A DNA stretch of 63,641 nucleotides, filler included, from Octopus bimaculoides (GCF_001194135.2; 5 parts of 4 records of this genome joined end to end with filler, not necessarily neighbours in it), one strand, 5' to 3'. Numbered from the whole stretch's first letter, positions 1-10,976 are shown. Program-made: numbers and translations. Notes: generated from the letters alone by a model not told the origin.

Positions 1-55
<55 letters not shown>

Positions 56-276
56 TATATATACATATATAAACGTTTATGTATTTGTTTTGCAATATTC
101 CTGATGTGAAATCGTGTGTTGAAACAAATATTGTTATACTTGGGGATGGTCATTGTTTTTTTGTTTGCCAATTAAACACACATACTATTTATTTGATTTT
201 CACTTTAGTGAGGAAAGTAGGAGGAAGAGGGGAAGGGTTAGGACTGTTAAGTATGTGGTTAGAAACCTGAAATTAC

Positions 277-378
277 CTGTACCAATACTGAGGGTACGAT
301 ATGGCATCGAGATTGGTTCGCCTTTCCCTGTTAATGGACAAAGGAGCGCACGAGCCTGGATCTCATCAGAACCTGTTC
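277..378 (-). CDS. PHF12: PHF12 exon entering the FHA domain: TGSDEIQARALLCPLTGKGEPISMPYRTLSIGTG; gene continues beyond the left edge
   Basis: ttttcag acceptor (a second in-frame AG lies 6 nt downstream), G|GTAATT donor, 102 nt, phase 1-1. Matches [30 protein letters not shown]. Confidence 0.9.
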
Positions 379-1024
379 CTGAAAACAAACATAAACCAAA
401 ATAATTAGAAGAGAACAAATTAAGTACAATTTTTAAAAATTAGTATTTTCCAGCATACAAGTTGATGTAGAATACAACATAAATGTGTAGTGCAATTATT
501 CACACATTGTCACCATCTTCCTAAAATCTGCTGCACCTCCACATGGAATTTTTGGTCCTCCAAAGCCATTTTGGTATATAACTCAACCTACCTTTTGTGG
601 CTGTAAATTTTGGTCTGAAAAATTTCAACTTGTACGCCAGAAAATACATTTAAAAATGTTTTTTCCTACTAAAACATATTCTTAATATTTCCAAATGTGC
701 TGACATGAATTTTCAAAAAAATAATTAACTAAATGACAAAGGAAAAAAAAAAAAGAACATTGTCTGTAGCAAAGTATATTTGTAAATTTAAACCATGCAA
801 AATCTTGCTGCATACTGAATCTTGGCATTTCTCAGAAAAACTAGTTTCAGAATCCTGTTCCAATCTGATTTGGTATGGTTTCTACAGCTGGATGCCCTTC
901 CTAATACCTAATAGTAAGTAACTATTGGGTTCAAAAACCCTTTTGGATAGAAAGAGTCAAAAGGGATGTGAATATATGTCCACTGGGCAGCCTTTTACTC
1001 TTCCTAACTAATATTTACATGCTA

Positions 1025-1660
1025 TAAGGTGGTGAGTTGGCAGAAGTGTTAGAATACCAGGCAAAATGCTTAACAACATTTCGTCCATCTTCATATTCTG
1101 AGTTCAACTTTGCCTTTCATCCTTTCGGGGTCTATAAATTAAGTACCAGTGAAACACTTGAGTCGATGTAATTGACTAGTTCCTTCCCCCAAAATTTCAG
1201 GCCTTGTGCTTATAGTAGAAAGGATTATTATTATTATTAAGGCGGTGAGCTAGCACACCAGGCAAACTCCATAGTGGCATTTTGTCTTTCTTTACACTCT
1301 GAGTTCAAATTCCACTGTGGTTGACTTTGCCTTTCATCTTTATGGGGTCAATAAATTAAGCACCAGTGAAATATTGGGATCAATGTAATCGACTAGCCCC
1401 CTCCCGCAAAATTTCAGACCTTATGACTCTAGTAGAGAGGATTATTATTATCGTTATTATTAAGGCAGAATCATTAGCAGATCAGGCAAAATGCTTGGCA
1501 GCATTTTGTCCGTCTTTACATTCTGAGTTCAAGTTCTGCCAAGGTTGACTTTGCCTTTCATCCTTTTGAGATCGATAAAATAAGTACCAGTGAAACACTG
1601 GGGTTGATGTAATTGACTAGTTCCCTTCCCCAAAAGTTCAGTACTTTTAGTAGAAAAGAC
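1025..1660 (+). mobile_element. Three head-to-tail copies of an abundant tRNA-derived SINE (family A, TAAGGCGG(T/C)GAGCTGGCAGAA head)
   Basis: Repeated ~200-nt units containing GAGTTCAAATTC (B box-like) and tttcatcctttcggggtc...aagtaccagt, separated by (ATT)n. Confidence 0.85.
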
Positions 1661-1699
1661 TATTACCATTATTATTGTTATTATTATTACTATTATTAC

Positions 1700-2450
1700 C
1701 TTTGCACAGCTTCTAACGCTGGAGATGTACTACGGTGTCAGCTGTTCACTACCAGTGAACTAAGGTAACACCTCTTATTTTTCGAGCACCTTCCGGAGTA
1801 TTCGAACAGTTACAAGCAGTGCTGGTTTCTGCAAGTGCTCCACCCTTATTGCAGCCCCAATTTGTTCCACATACTTCTCAAGATTTTTGCTCACTGTTCC
1901 CAGAGCTCCGACAATTATTGGTACAACTGCTACCTTCTGCATCAACCACAACTGCTTACCTTCCCAAGCTAACCTGACATATCTCTCAACTTTTCTTTCT
2001 TCCTTATCGCATACCTTGTTGTCAGCTGGGCATGCTATATCTATGATCCAGCATAATTTGTTTACTTTCTCAATTAAGACTATGTCCGGCTTCCTATTCT
2101 CTATCTCATGGTTGCACTGAATCATAAAATCCCATTCGATCTTTGCATTTCTATTTTCGACAATGCCTTCAGGTTTGTGGCCTTACCAATTTTTTTCTCT
2201 GTCAAGTCCATACTTGTTGCAAAGTGTCCAATGGGCAAGCTTAGCTATATTGTCATGGCATCTCTTATATTCCTTCTGGGCTAGTAGCATATATTGGTTG
2301 ATAATATGCCATACGGTTTCACCATTTTGTCCACACATTCTGCTGTATTTTATGTAGTTTGTTCTTAGTGCTTGCACTTGGGCAGCAAAGATTAGAGCCT
2401 CTGTTTCTGGTTTTAAATCACTTTTAGTCATCCACAGCCATCTTTTTTCT
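1700..2450 (-). mobile_element. R4/Dong-like non-LTR retrotransposon 3' fragment (CCHC-like region plus restriction-like endonuclease)
   Basis: ETEALIFAAQ..ALRTNY, RMCGQNGETVWHI, RKPDIVLIEK..CWIIDIACP..., VVPIIVGALG. Flanked on both sides by (TAA)n. Confidence 0.85.
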
Positions 2451-2487
2451 CTGTCTGTCTGTCTTATCTTTTTTATTATTATTATTA

Positions 2488-2695
2488 TTAAGGTAGCAAG
2501 TTGGCAGGATTGTTAGCACACCAGGCAAAATGCTTAGTGATATTTCATCTGTCTTTATGTTCTGAGTTCAAATTCTGCCAAGATTAACTTTGCCTTTCAT
2601 CCTATAGGGGTCAATAAAATAAGCAGCCAGTTGAACCCTGGGGTTGATGTCATCAGCTTACCCACCCTCCTTGAACTTGTGCCAAAATTTGGAAG
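2488..2695 (+). mobile_element. SINE family A copy
   Basis: Same head and body as 1025-1660. Confidence 0.8.
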
Positions 2696-2824
2696 CATTA
2701 TTTATGGCTGTATGCACTTCAAGATCCACTGTTCCAGAACAGAATTATTTCATAATCTTCTGAAAGTTTATAAATTTGTAGCGTACTTCTCTCTCTCTCT
2801 CTGTTATATATACATGAGTGCAAA

Positions 2825-3789
2825 TGTAGTGGTTAACAGCTAGCCTTCGGCCGCAATTTTGGACCCTGTTGTGTCCACCACTCTGATTGGTTGGTATTGG
2901 CGTATTTTTGTCTCCTGTTTTACTTCACACCAGGAAGCAACCCAACCAATCGCAGCCTTCAGATAAGGTCGCGTGGGACAGTCTTTCTGAACCCCTGTTT
3001 GAGCTGATAGTATCTTATAAATAGCTAGCTTTTCACTGTCTTGGTTGCCAGTCTGCTTCAGACCTTTTGAGGTCTAGCCACTGACCGTACAGTACTCAGC
3101 CAGTTCCAGCGACGACACGACACAGCTTCATGGAGATCCAACACTGCATTGAACAGCTTACTGCAAACTCCTTTGTCGCCACCACTAACTTCTTAGCGTC
3201 TACACCAACGTCTCTGCGTACACACCACCAACAGCACTCTCACAGGTTCTCTCAACACTGTTTGTGAATTGCTTCACCATGGTTAACAGCAAGAACAACC
3301 TGCGAGACCTCCTGTTACCAAGTAACCGACCGCAGCATCGAAGCTTCAACTTCTCGTGCGACAGTATCTTTTCTCGGCTCTGCTTTGCCACTACAACTTC
3401 TTGATACAGCACCTCAACTACTGTGTACCTTAGATACGAACTGGTATTTCTCATCCTTGTGTCTGGACTTTCTTCTAACGTCCTTATAGACTCTTTTCTA
3501 TGCTCTGTATCTCTTGCACTCACATACACATGTTTGTATACACAAACATCCAGTTTATATGATGGCCTGTCTATTATTGTGTTTATTATATCACACTCAC
3601 ACACACAGACATTACATGTTGACATATCAATAAAACCTTCTCTTAAACCTTCTACCGGTTGTGTCTCTCTTTTCCTTTTTGGCACTTATACTCATTTAAT
3701 CTCTTTTCATGGTTTTTATTTGTATCGACTGTGCGATGCGCTAAAGAAGCCATTCCTCGTCACCATCGCCTGGTCGCACGGTCGTTACA
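2825..3789 (+). mobile_element. Probable solo LTR (~965 bp)
   Basis: TGTA...TACA termini, CCAAT-like motifs, TATAAATA at ~3016, AATAAA at ~3628, and more GC-rich than the flanks. No TSD recognised. Confidence 0.5.
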
Positions 3790-3804
3790 AATTCTTGACA
3801 TAAA

Positions 3805-4135
3805 CAGTGTGTGTGTGTGTGTGAATGTATGTGTGTGTGAGTATTTGAGTGAATGTGTGTGGGTGTGTGTGTTTAAGCGAATGTGTGTATGTGTTGGTGA
3901 ATGTGTGTGTTTTTGAGTGAATGTGCGTGTAGTGGTGGGGGGTTGAAAGAAAGTTTGTGTGAGTGAATGTGTGAATGCATGTGTGTTTGAGTGAAAGTGT
4001 GTGTGTTTCAGTAAATGTATATGTTTGAGTGAATGTGTGTGTGTGACTGTGTGTGTGTGACTGTGTGTGTGTATGCATGCATGCATGTGTTTGTGCATGT
4101 GCATGCATGTGTGTGCGTGTGTGTGTGTGCATGTG
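3805..4135. repeat. Imperfect (GT)n/(GTGA)n microsatellite tract
   Basis: Directly visible. Confidence 0.9.
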
Positions 4136-4147
4136 TATCTTCCATAC

Positions 4148-4258
4148 TTTTCTTTTCCATAACTGATGGTGTTGTCTGTTGTTGTGGTAACAGCTGCTGG
4201 AGTCGTTGCCAAGCAAGAATCTGGACTAATTTCTGGTCAAGTTTACCAAGTTCAACTT
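4148..4258 (-). CDS. PHF12: PHF12 exon: EVELGKLDQKLVQILAWQRLQQLLPQQQTTPSVMEKK
   Basis: ctttcag acceptor, A|GTATGG donor (weaker), 111 nt, phase 1-1. Matches [25 protein letters not shown]. Confidence 0.88.
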
Positions 4259-4849
4259 CTGAAAGTAGAGAAAGAGAAAGGGGAGTGAAAGAGAAGTAGG
4301 TGGGGGGAAGAGAGGAAGAAATAGAATAATAAATAAGAACATTAGAGAGAGATGGGGAGAGAGAAGAGGAAAAAGAAAGAAAATGAAAGAGGAGAAAAAG
4401 ACACAGACAGGCGGATGGAGGAGGGGAGAAAGAGATGGACAAGGAGAGAGGGAGGAAAGAAGGGAGAAAGGAAAGAGAGAGATTGAGAGAAAGATATAGG
4501 AAATCGAAGTCTGTCTTATGCCAATAGGTTCTTTACTTCACTAGACTGTAGTTCATTCCAGTTTTTGAGGTGTATAAGCAACTAAGAGTTAAAAGACTCC
4601 CTCTACACCACTGGATGGAATGTCAGTCCACTACAAGGTTAATCTCCAGTTACAGCTGGCACACATTTCAGCTGTATAAACTGGAAGAATATGAAATAAA
4701 GAATCTCGATCACAGGCAAAAAGTACCACCCGAGCCAAGAATCAAATCCATGACCCATAGAGACTACTAAGTCCTATGTCTTCACGAGAGGAAAGGAAAT
4801 AATATAGAAATAAATGAGAACATAACACTTAAAAGACATCCAGTCCACA

Positions 4850-5110
4850 CTGTAAAGTGCTTGGCATTTGGAAGGGCATCCAGCTGTAAAAACCATGCCA
4901 AAACAGACTTTGCCTGTGTTGGTGCCATATAAAAAGCACTCAGCCCACTCTGTTGAGTGGTTGGTGTTAGGAAGGGCATTCAGCTGTAAAAACCATGCCA
5001 AAACAGACACAGAGGTATGGTGTAGCCTTTTGCCTAGCCAGCTCATATCAAACCATTCAACCCATGCCAGCATGGAAGAAGGATGTTAAACAATGATGAT
5101 GATGATGATA
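4850..5110 (+). mobile_element. RTE-type 3' tail repeat (GGAAGGGCATCCAGCTGTA...CATGCCAGCATGGAA-(GAT)n)
   Basis: Same tail as the RTE at 7200-7880; (GAT)n terminus. Confidence 0.7.
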
Positions 5111-5658
5111 ACAGAGTAATAATTACTGTGATTGCTTTAATGGTCACTTTTCCATACTTACATGCGTCGGACGCAATTTGTTAAAGCAGATAATTTTTAC
5201 ATTATGTACATTATTTACATTTGACGGATATTTGTCCTCATCTCGTTTGTTATTAACACAACGTTTTGGCTGATATATCCTCCAGCCTTCATCAGGTGTC
5301 TTGATCAGCTATACCTGATTTATCAATATCTCCTTGTGTCACAGCTTTGCGATGTTCGTCTATCCTTATTTTGAGGGGGCGACATGTTTCGCCTTTGTAT
5401 AACCTACCACAGCTGCATAGGATGGAGTACATGTATGGAAAAATGGAGACCATCTCCTCTTGTGGGATGAAGTTAAAATAATAGACAGAGAACACTACTG
5501 GAAAATACAAAAACTAAAAGAAGCAGCAAATATGCTAGGACACAACAACCTCCTAAGCAGACCGAGTACAGAGATGAACAGCATATGGGAACCGGTATTG
5601 AGGAAGAATAGGCAAATATTAGATTTATAAGCCCTAAAATTCACTCCATAATTGCCTA

Positions 5659-5733
5659 TGGGCATATGGCGTAACGGTTAAGAGCACGGGCTACTAACCC
5701 CCAAGATTCTGAGTTTGATTTCAGGCAGTGACC
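5659..5733 (+). ncRNA. tRNA-like module (Pol III A/B boxes) inside the Penelope terminal repeat
   Basis: TGGCGTAACGG A box, GAGTTTGATTTC B box (GAGTTCGATTCC in the copy at ~51908), and a GGG-CTACTAA-CCC anticodon-like arm. Confidence 0.7.
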
Positions 5734-5807
5734 TGAATAATAATAAGAAAAAGAAGAACATCGAAAAATACCTTAGGAATGAGAACACAGGTTCAAAATT
5801 TCCCCAA

Positions 5808-5853
5808 GACACCTGATGAAGGCTGGAGGGTATATCAGCCGAAACGTTGTGTT
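5808..5853 (+). ncRNA. Minimal type I hammerhead ribozyme (dimer-type, palindromic stem III)
   Basis: GACAC-CTGATGA-A-GGCTG(loop)CAGCC-GAAACGT-T-GTGTT: stem I GACAC/GTGTT, stem II 5 bp, ACGT palindrome, GUU cleavage triplet. Confidence 0.8.
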
Positions 5854-5967
5854 AACAACAAAGAAGATGAGGATAAATATCTGTCAAATGTAAATAATGT
5901 ACATAATTCCTCATCTCTTAAATATAGAACAGATCATTTTTATTAATGCTTTTTCCTATATATATAT

Positions 5968-6096
5968 CATCATCATCATCATCATCGTTTAACGTCCGCT
6001 TTCCATGCTAGCATGGGTTGGACGATTCGACTGAGGACTGGTGAAACCGGATGGCAACACCAGGCTCCAATCTAATTTGGCAGAGTTTCTACAGCT
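5968..6096 (-). mobile_element. RTE 3' tail fragment
   Basis: Near-identical to 7200-7320; truncated by a gap. Confidence 0.8.
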
Positions 6097-6698
6097 NNNN
6101 NNNNNNNNNNNNNNNNNNNNNNNNNNNNNNNNNNNNNNNNNNNNNNNNNNNNNNNNNNNNNNNNNNNNNNNNNNNNNNNNNNNNNNNNNNNNNNNNNNNN
6201 NNNNNNNNNNNNNNNNNNNNNNNNNNNNNNNNNNNNNNNNNNNNNNNNNNNNNNNNNNNNNNNNNNNNNNNNNNNNNNNNNNNNNNNNNNNNNNNNNNNN
6301 NNNNNNNNNNNNNNNNNNNNNNNNNNNNNNNNTGTGTAATTCTTTTCCAAAAATAAACTGCACTTGATATTCAAGGCTCCGATGGAACTCTAAGGTGTTA
6401 CTCAAACACTAAACTAGGAGTTCACTGCATACTGCATATCATAGCAGAAATAACTGTAAGCTAATGAAGTTTATAAGATAATCGGCTATTCGTTTGTCGT
6501 TTTATTTTCTTATATATGTCCAACCCATGCCAGCATGGAAGGAGGATGTTAAACGATGATGATGATGATATGTACACACAAAATATAAGAAAAAATATAA
6601 CTGAAATTGAATGAGATAAAGCTAAGAAGCTAAAGTTGGTAAAATATACAAAAACTGAAAAACACTCGTAAAAAAACAAAAGAAATATGATGCTTTAC

Positions 6699-6833
6699 CT
6701 CCTTGACCTTCGATGCAATGTTGTAATGTTGTGTTTAGATTGACAATGGCTGGTGAGGAACTCAGAGTATTAGCCACCACTGATTTTGAATGTGAAACAG
6801 GAAGAGATGATGATGTCGGTACAGCTTTCGAAC
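6699..6833 (-). CDS. PHF12: PHF12 exon: GSKAVPTSSSLP...SSPAIVNLNTTLQHCIEGQG
   Basis: ttatttttag acceptor, G|GTAAAG donor, 135 nt, phase 1-1. The end aligns to the recalled AMVDLTNSLRAFMDVNG and joins in frame to the next exon (G-E-VEL). Confidence 0.85.
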
Positions 6834-7199
6834 CTAAAAATAAAACAACAGCAATCAGTAAGGAAAGGAAATATGAAAGGAAAATCATAAATTAGCATAA
6901 ATTTACATATTGAAGACAGTGACAATGAGGACAGCCGAAAATATACACACACACATATATACATACATGTTTTAATGCAAAATGGAAACAAACACCATTC
7001 CTTCATGTGATTGGCTTGAAAAATTGTTAAGATAATTAAGATATTTTCCCGAACATGAAACCAATGGTAACCTTAATACACAAATAAAGAAATTTTATCC
7101 ACCAATGCAGTGTTGAGCACTCATTTTCATTGTTCAACATTGACGTACATACATACATACATATGGAAGGTGGATGTTAAACGATGATGATGAGGATAT

Positions 7200-7880
7200 A
7201 TCATCATCATCGTTTAACGTCCGCTTTCCATGCTAGCATGGGTTGGACGATTTGACTGAGGACTGGTGAAACCGGATGGCAACACCAGGCTCCAGTCTGA
7301 TTTGGCAGAGTTTCTACAGCTGGATGCCCTTCCTAACGCCAACCACTCAGAGAGTGTAGTGGGTGCTTTTACGTGTCACCCGCATGAAAACGGCCACGCT
7401 CGAAATGGTGTCTTTTATGTGCCACCCGCACAAGCCAGTCCAGGGGCACTGGCAACGATCTCGCTCGAAAATCCTACAGGAGCCAATCAGGCGGTACTGG
7501 CAACGGCCACGCTCAAAATGGTGCATCTCATGTGCCACCCGCACAAGAACCAGTCCAGGGGCACTGGCAACGATCTTACTTGGCTTGCCGGGTCTTCTCA
7601 CGCACAGCACATTTCCAAAGGTCTCGGTCCGTAGTCATCGCCTCGGTGAGGCCCAATGTACGAAGGTCTTGCCTCACCACCTCAGCCCAGGTCTTCCTGG
7701 GCCTACCTCTTCCACGGGTTCCCTCAACTGTTAGGGTGTGGCACTTTTTCACGCAGCTATCCTCCTCCATTCTCACCACATGTCCATACCAGCGCAATCG
7801 TCTCTCTTGCACGCCACAACTGATGCTTCTAATGTTCAGCTTTTCTCTCAAGATATATGTATGTAGATATACCATATTTG
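7200..7880 (-). mobile_element. RTE-clade LINE 3' end (ORF C-terminus, internally repeated 3' UTR, (GAT)n tail)
   Basis: RRLRWYGHVVRMEEDSCVKK...GTRGRGRPRKTW..V..DL is the typical RTE C-terminus. Confidence 0.9.
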
Positions 7881-8033
7881 CAGGGTATGTGATGCACTCA
7901 TTTTATTTTTAAACTAGCTTAAAAGCTGCACTCCATGTGAATTTTTAAGCTAGCTCCTGCAGAGGGCTAATTGAGCCTGTGGCCCACAACTAAAAAGAGC
8001 TAGATAGCATGAATATAATACATCTATAATGAT

Positions 8034-10976
8034 CAGTGGTGGGCACAGCTAACCAAAAAGTTAGCTTCATTAACCGCTAATCCGCTAACTAAAAAAGTTA
8101 GCTTTGCAAACGCTAAGCCGCTAAACAGGTAAAAAAATTAGTAGAAGCTAACGCTAACTGATAAATGCTCACTTTTATCATATGAATTTAGTTTCGGTTT
8201 GGGCTTTGAGCTCTAAAACCCCTAAAAACAAACCTACAGAGCTGAAATTTTCATGTTGTAGCTTAGACATAGAACTTTCCAAAAAGGTAAAACATGCCAA
8301 GATCAGATGATGATCAAGGTGTATGCAAATAATTAAATGAACAAATGAAATTAAACATTAGTTTTGCAGTCAATATACACTTTATTTACTGTACAAAAAG
8401 GTATCGTATAGCATAGGCATCATACGAAGATGAGATGATGATGAAGGTGTACTACTCTGGCCGGGCCTTCTCCATCACCTTCACATGATGCTGGATGCCC
8501 TTCATAAGCATCAGCCTCTCAAAATTACCATCTGACAGCATCACTCTCTTGGCCCTCAAAACATCTTTGTCTATACAGAATACGTGCGCAACTGCGGCAT
8601 TGGATGGGATGGCAGTGTTATACTTGGTAGACAGGTTGATCAAGACCTGCTCACCCAAAAAGGCAACTTCAGTTAAGACCTCCAGCCAGATCTTCACCAA
8701 GTTCTGTGCCTTGGATTTCAGTCACCTGTGGCTCCTGCTCTCCCGGAACCGAGTGATGTTGCTGAAGAAATCATCTTCCTTGTCCTCATTGCTGGTGGTG
8801 CTGCTGCCCTTTTCCTTGGTCTCCATTAGGGTTGTCTCTATGATGGTCTGCATGACATTCGTTACTCTGCTAACTTGGCTGTTATTATACTGCTCCAGTA
8901 GGTTGTTGAGGATGACAATAGAGTCATGAGTAGAGTTCCATCTGGTACTGTTGTGGACTACCAGCCTCCTCTTCAATGCACCCAGNNNNNNNNNNNNNNN
9001 NNNNNNNNNNNNNNNNNNNNNNNNNNNNNNNNNNNNNNNNNNNNNNNNNNNNNNNNNNNNNNNNNNNNNNNTGGCTCCTGCTCTCCCGGAACCGAGTGAT
9101 GTTGCTGAAGAAATCATCTTCCTCATGCTCATTGCTGGTAGTGCTGCTGCCCTTCTCGTTGGTCTCCATTAGGGCTGTCTCAATGATGGTCCCCATGGCA
9201 TTCGTTACTCTGCTAACTTGGCTGTTATTATACTGCTCCAGTCAGAACAGGTGAAACTTGGGGTGGAAGGCAGTGTCCAGTTGGCACTCTATGTCTTCTA
9301 GGAGGAGCCCAAACCTTTTTGTGATGCCTGCCAGCATCACATCTACCATAGGACTGCAGTACAGGAGATGTTTGAACTTGGCCTCTTTCAACTTCATGAT
9401 GGTAGCCGCTAAAGTTAGCAGAAGGCTCCCAAGATAGGCCTAGTCCTTCCAGTGGATTTTATCCAAGGCCTTGGCAATATTAGACATCACCTGGGCATAC
9501 TCCATCAGGAAGTTGACATCAAAATCAGTGAAGGTCTGCAGCTTCAGCTGAGTCATCACCCTGGGGACAGACCCCTATTTTTCTCCAGCAGGTTGTTGAG
9601 GACAACAACAGAGTCATAGGTAGGGTTCCATCTGGTTCTGTTGAGGACCATCAGCCTCCACTTCAATGCGTCCAGAATGCTGTCTGCCACCACCATGCTG
9701 TGGCTCTGGAGATTCCACAGCTGGACGTGGCATTCCTGTAGGCCGACTTGAACAAAGCGCTGTCAAGAGCCTTGTCGGCATCCACGCTGGCTACCAAGTT
9801 GAAGGTATGGGCTGTGCACTTCATGTGCACTGGCAGCTTTAGGCCCAGGCCACTGTACTTATCAAGGATAGCATCAACAGAAATGTACTCAACTTCATCC
9901 ACATCCCCAGCTTCAAGATCCACGTCCAGGTCCACACCCTTGACACCCTCTTTGTCCGGATCGGCAGCAGCCTCAGGGATGTCTGGCAAAAGTTCAACTT
10001 CTGTACCAAACTGCATAAATGCCTTAACAAAGATTTTGCCATTGTCCCTCATGGTCCTGGTCACCTTGTTTTGCAGATGGAACTTGTAATGGGTGTCCAC
10101 CATGGCCTGGGCGAGAACATCAAAGGTGTGATGTCTTCTGAGCCGAGAGCAGGCCAGGACGGCATGTTGCCTCATGCGGGTCTTGAAATCCAGCCAGTAT
10201 GCTGTCACCCCTAGGTAGGAGCTGTTGTGGTCCAACCAAAAGTCAGTGGTGGTCCCCACCCAGGGGACATCCTTGAGCAATTTGTAATTAAAAAAGGTTA
10301 AATTGTAAAGCGACATAGGTTGTAAAGTTAAAAACTTAAAATTATATANNNNNNNNNNNNNNNNNNNNNNNNNNNNNNNNNNNNNNNNNNNNNNNNNNNN
10401 NNNNNNNAAGGAAATAATTCACCGTCATTATATATAAACTGACGCAGAGTGTGATCAAGGCCTACTAAAAAACAAAACAAAAAAAAAACTAGCCTCTCAT
10501 CCACATCTCCACACAAGCTGCAATGGTTTTTGTGAGCATGTGGTCTGTACAATTTTTTGAGGGAAGAAGGCAGGACATTTGATTGCAGGAAGAGCCGGCC
10601 TTCATCCTATCATCAAACTCGATGGTATGCACTAGGTGTTTCCTTTTGACATGCGACTTCAGGTTGTAGAGGCTTGCCACTTGTCGCTTGATGGTGGTCT
10701 CCTTAGGCTGGCACGTTACGCACTGGAAGTACAGGATTTTGGCATTTCTCTTATCCCTTGACATAAGGACAAAGTAGTCCTCCATGTGGGGCTATGGGTT
10801 CTTAGACTTCTGGTTCTGAACCTGAGTGACCCCTGCCTCATGCACAGCCACTGCAGACTCCTCAACAAGCCCTTCATCCTCTGAACAAAACTTTCCAAAG
10901 TTAACGAAAATGATAATCTGCTAAATGAAAAGTTAGCTTTACTAATTAGCTGTTAACGGAACAGTGCCAACCACTG
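8034..10976 (-). mobile_element. hAT (Ac-like) DNA transposon, degenerate transposase with BED finger and C-terminal dimerisation domain
   Basis: TIRs CAGTGGT(G/T)GGCAC, near-TSD ATAATGAT/ATCATGAC (6/8), and subterminal GCTAA repeats. Protein motifs: CVTCQPK..LKSHVKRKH, SYLGVTAYWLD, CTAHTFNLVA, RWNSTHDS, KYNTAIPSNAAV...LSDGNFERL. Confidence 0.9.

Larger units (their letters stand above)
5201..5929 (+). mobile_element. Penelope-like element insertion with 5' inversion: inverted GIY-YIG N-part and partial pLTR (5201-5428, minus), direct GIY-YIG C-terminus (5430-5630) and pLTR
   Basis: Minus: YSILCSCGRLYKGETCRPLKIRIDEHRKAV..GDIDKSGIAD. Plus: HVWKNGDHLLLWDEVKIIDREHYWKIQKLKEAANMLGHNNLLSRPSTEMNSIWEPVL..*. 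Terminal ~100 nt are inverted copies of each other. Confidence 0.88.

Noticed and set aside
3200-3803. ORFs of 161 and 126 aa
   Set aside because: They lie within the LTR-like repeat and show no domain signal.
5659-5733. Functional tRNA gene
   Set aside because: Imperfect acceptor and T stems, unusual ACT anticodon, and embedded in a retroelement repeat, so tRNA-derived rather than a true tRNA.
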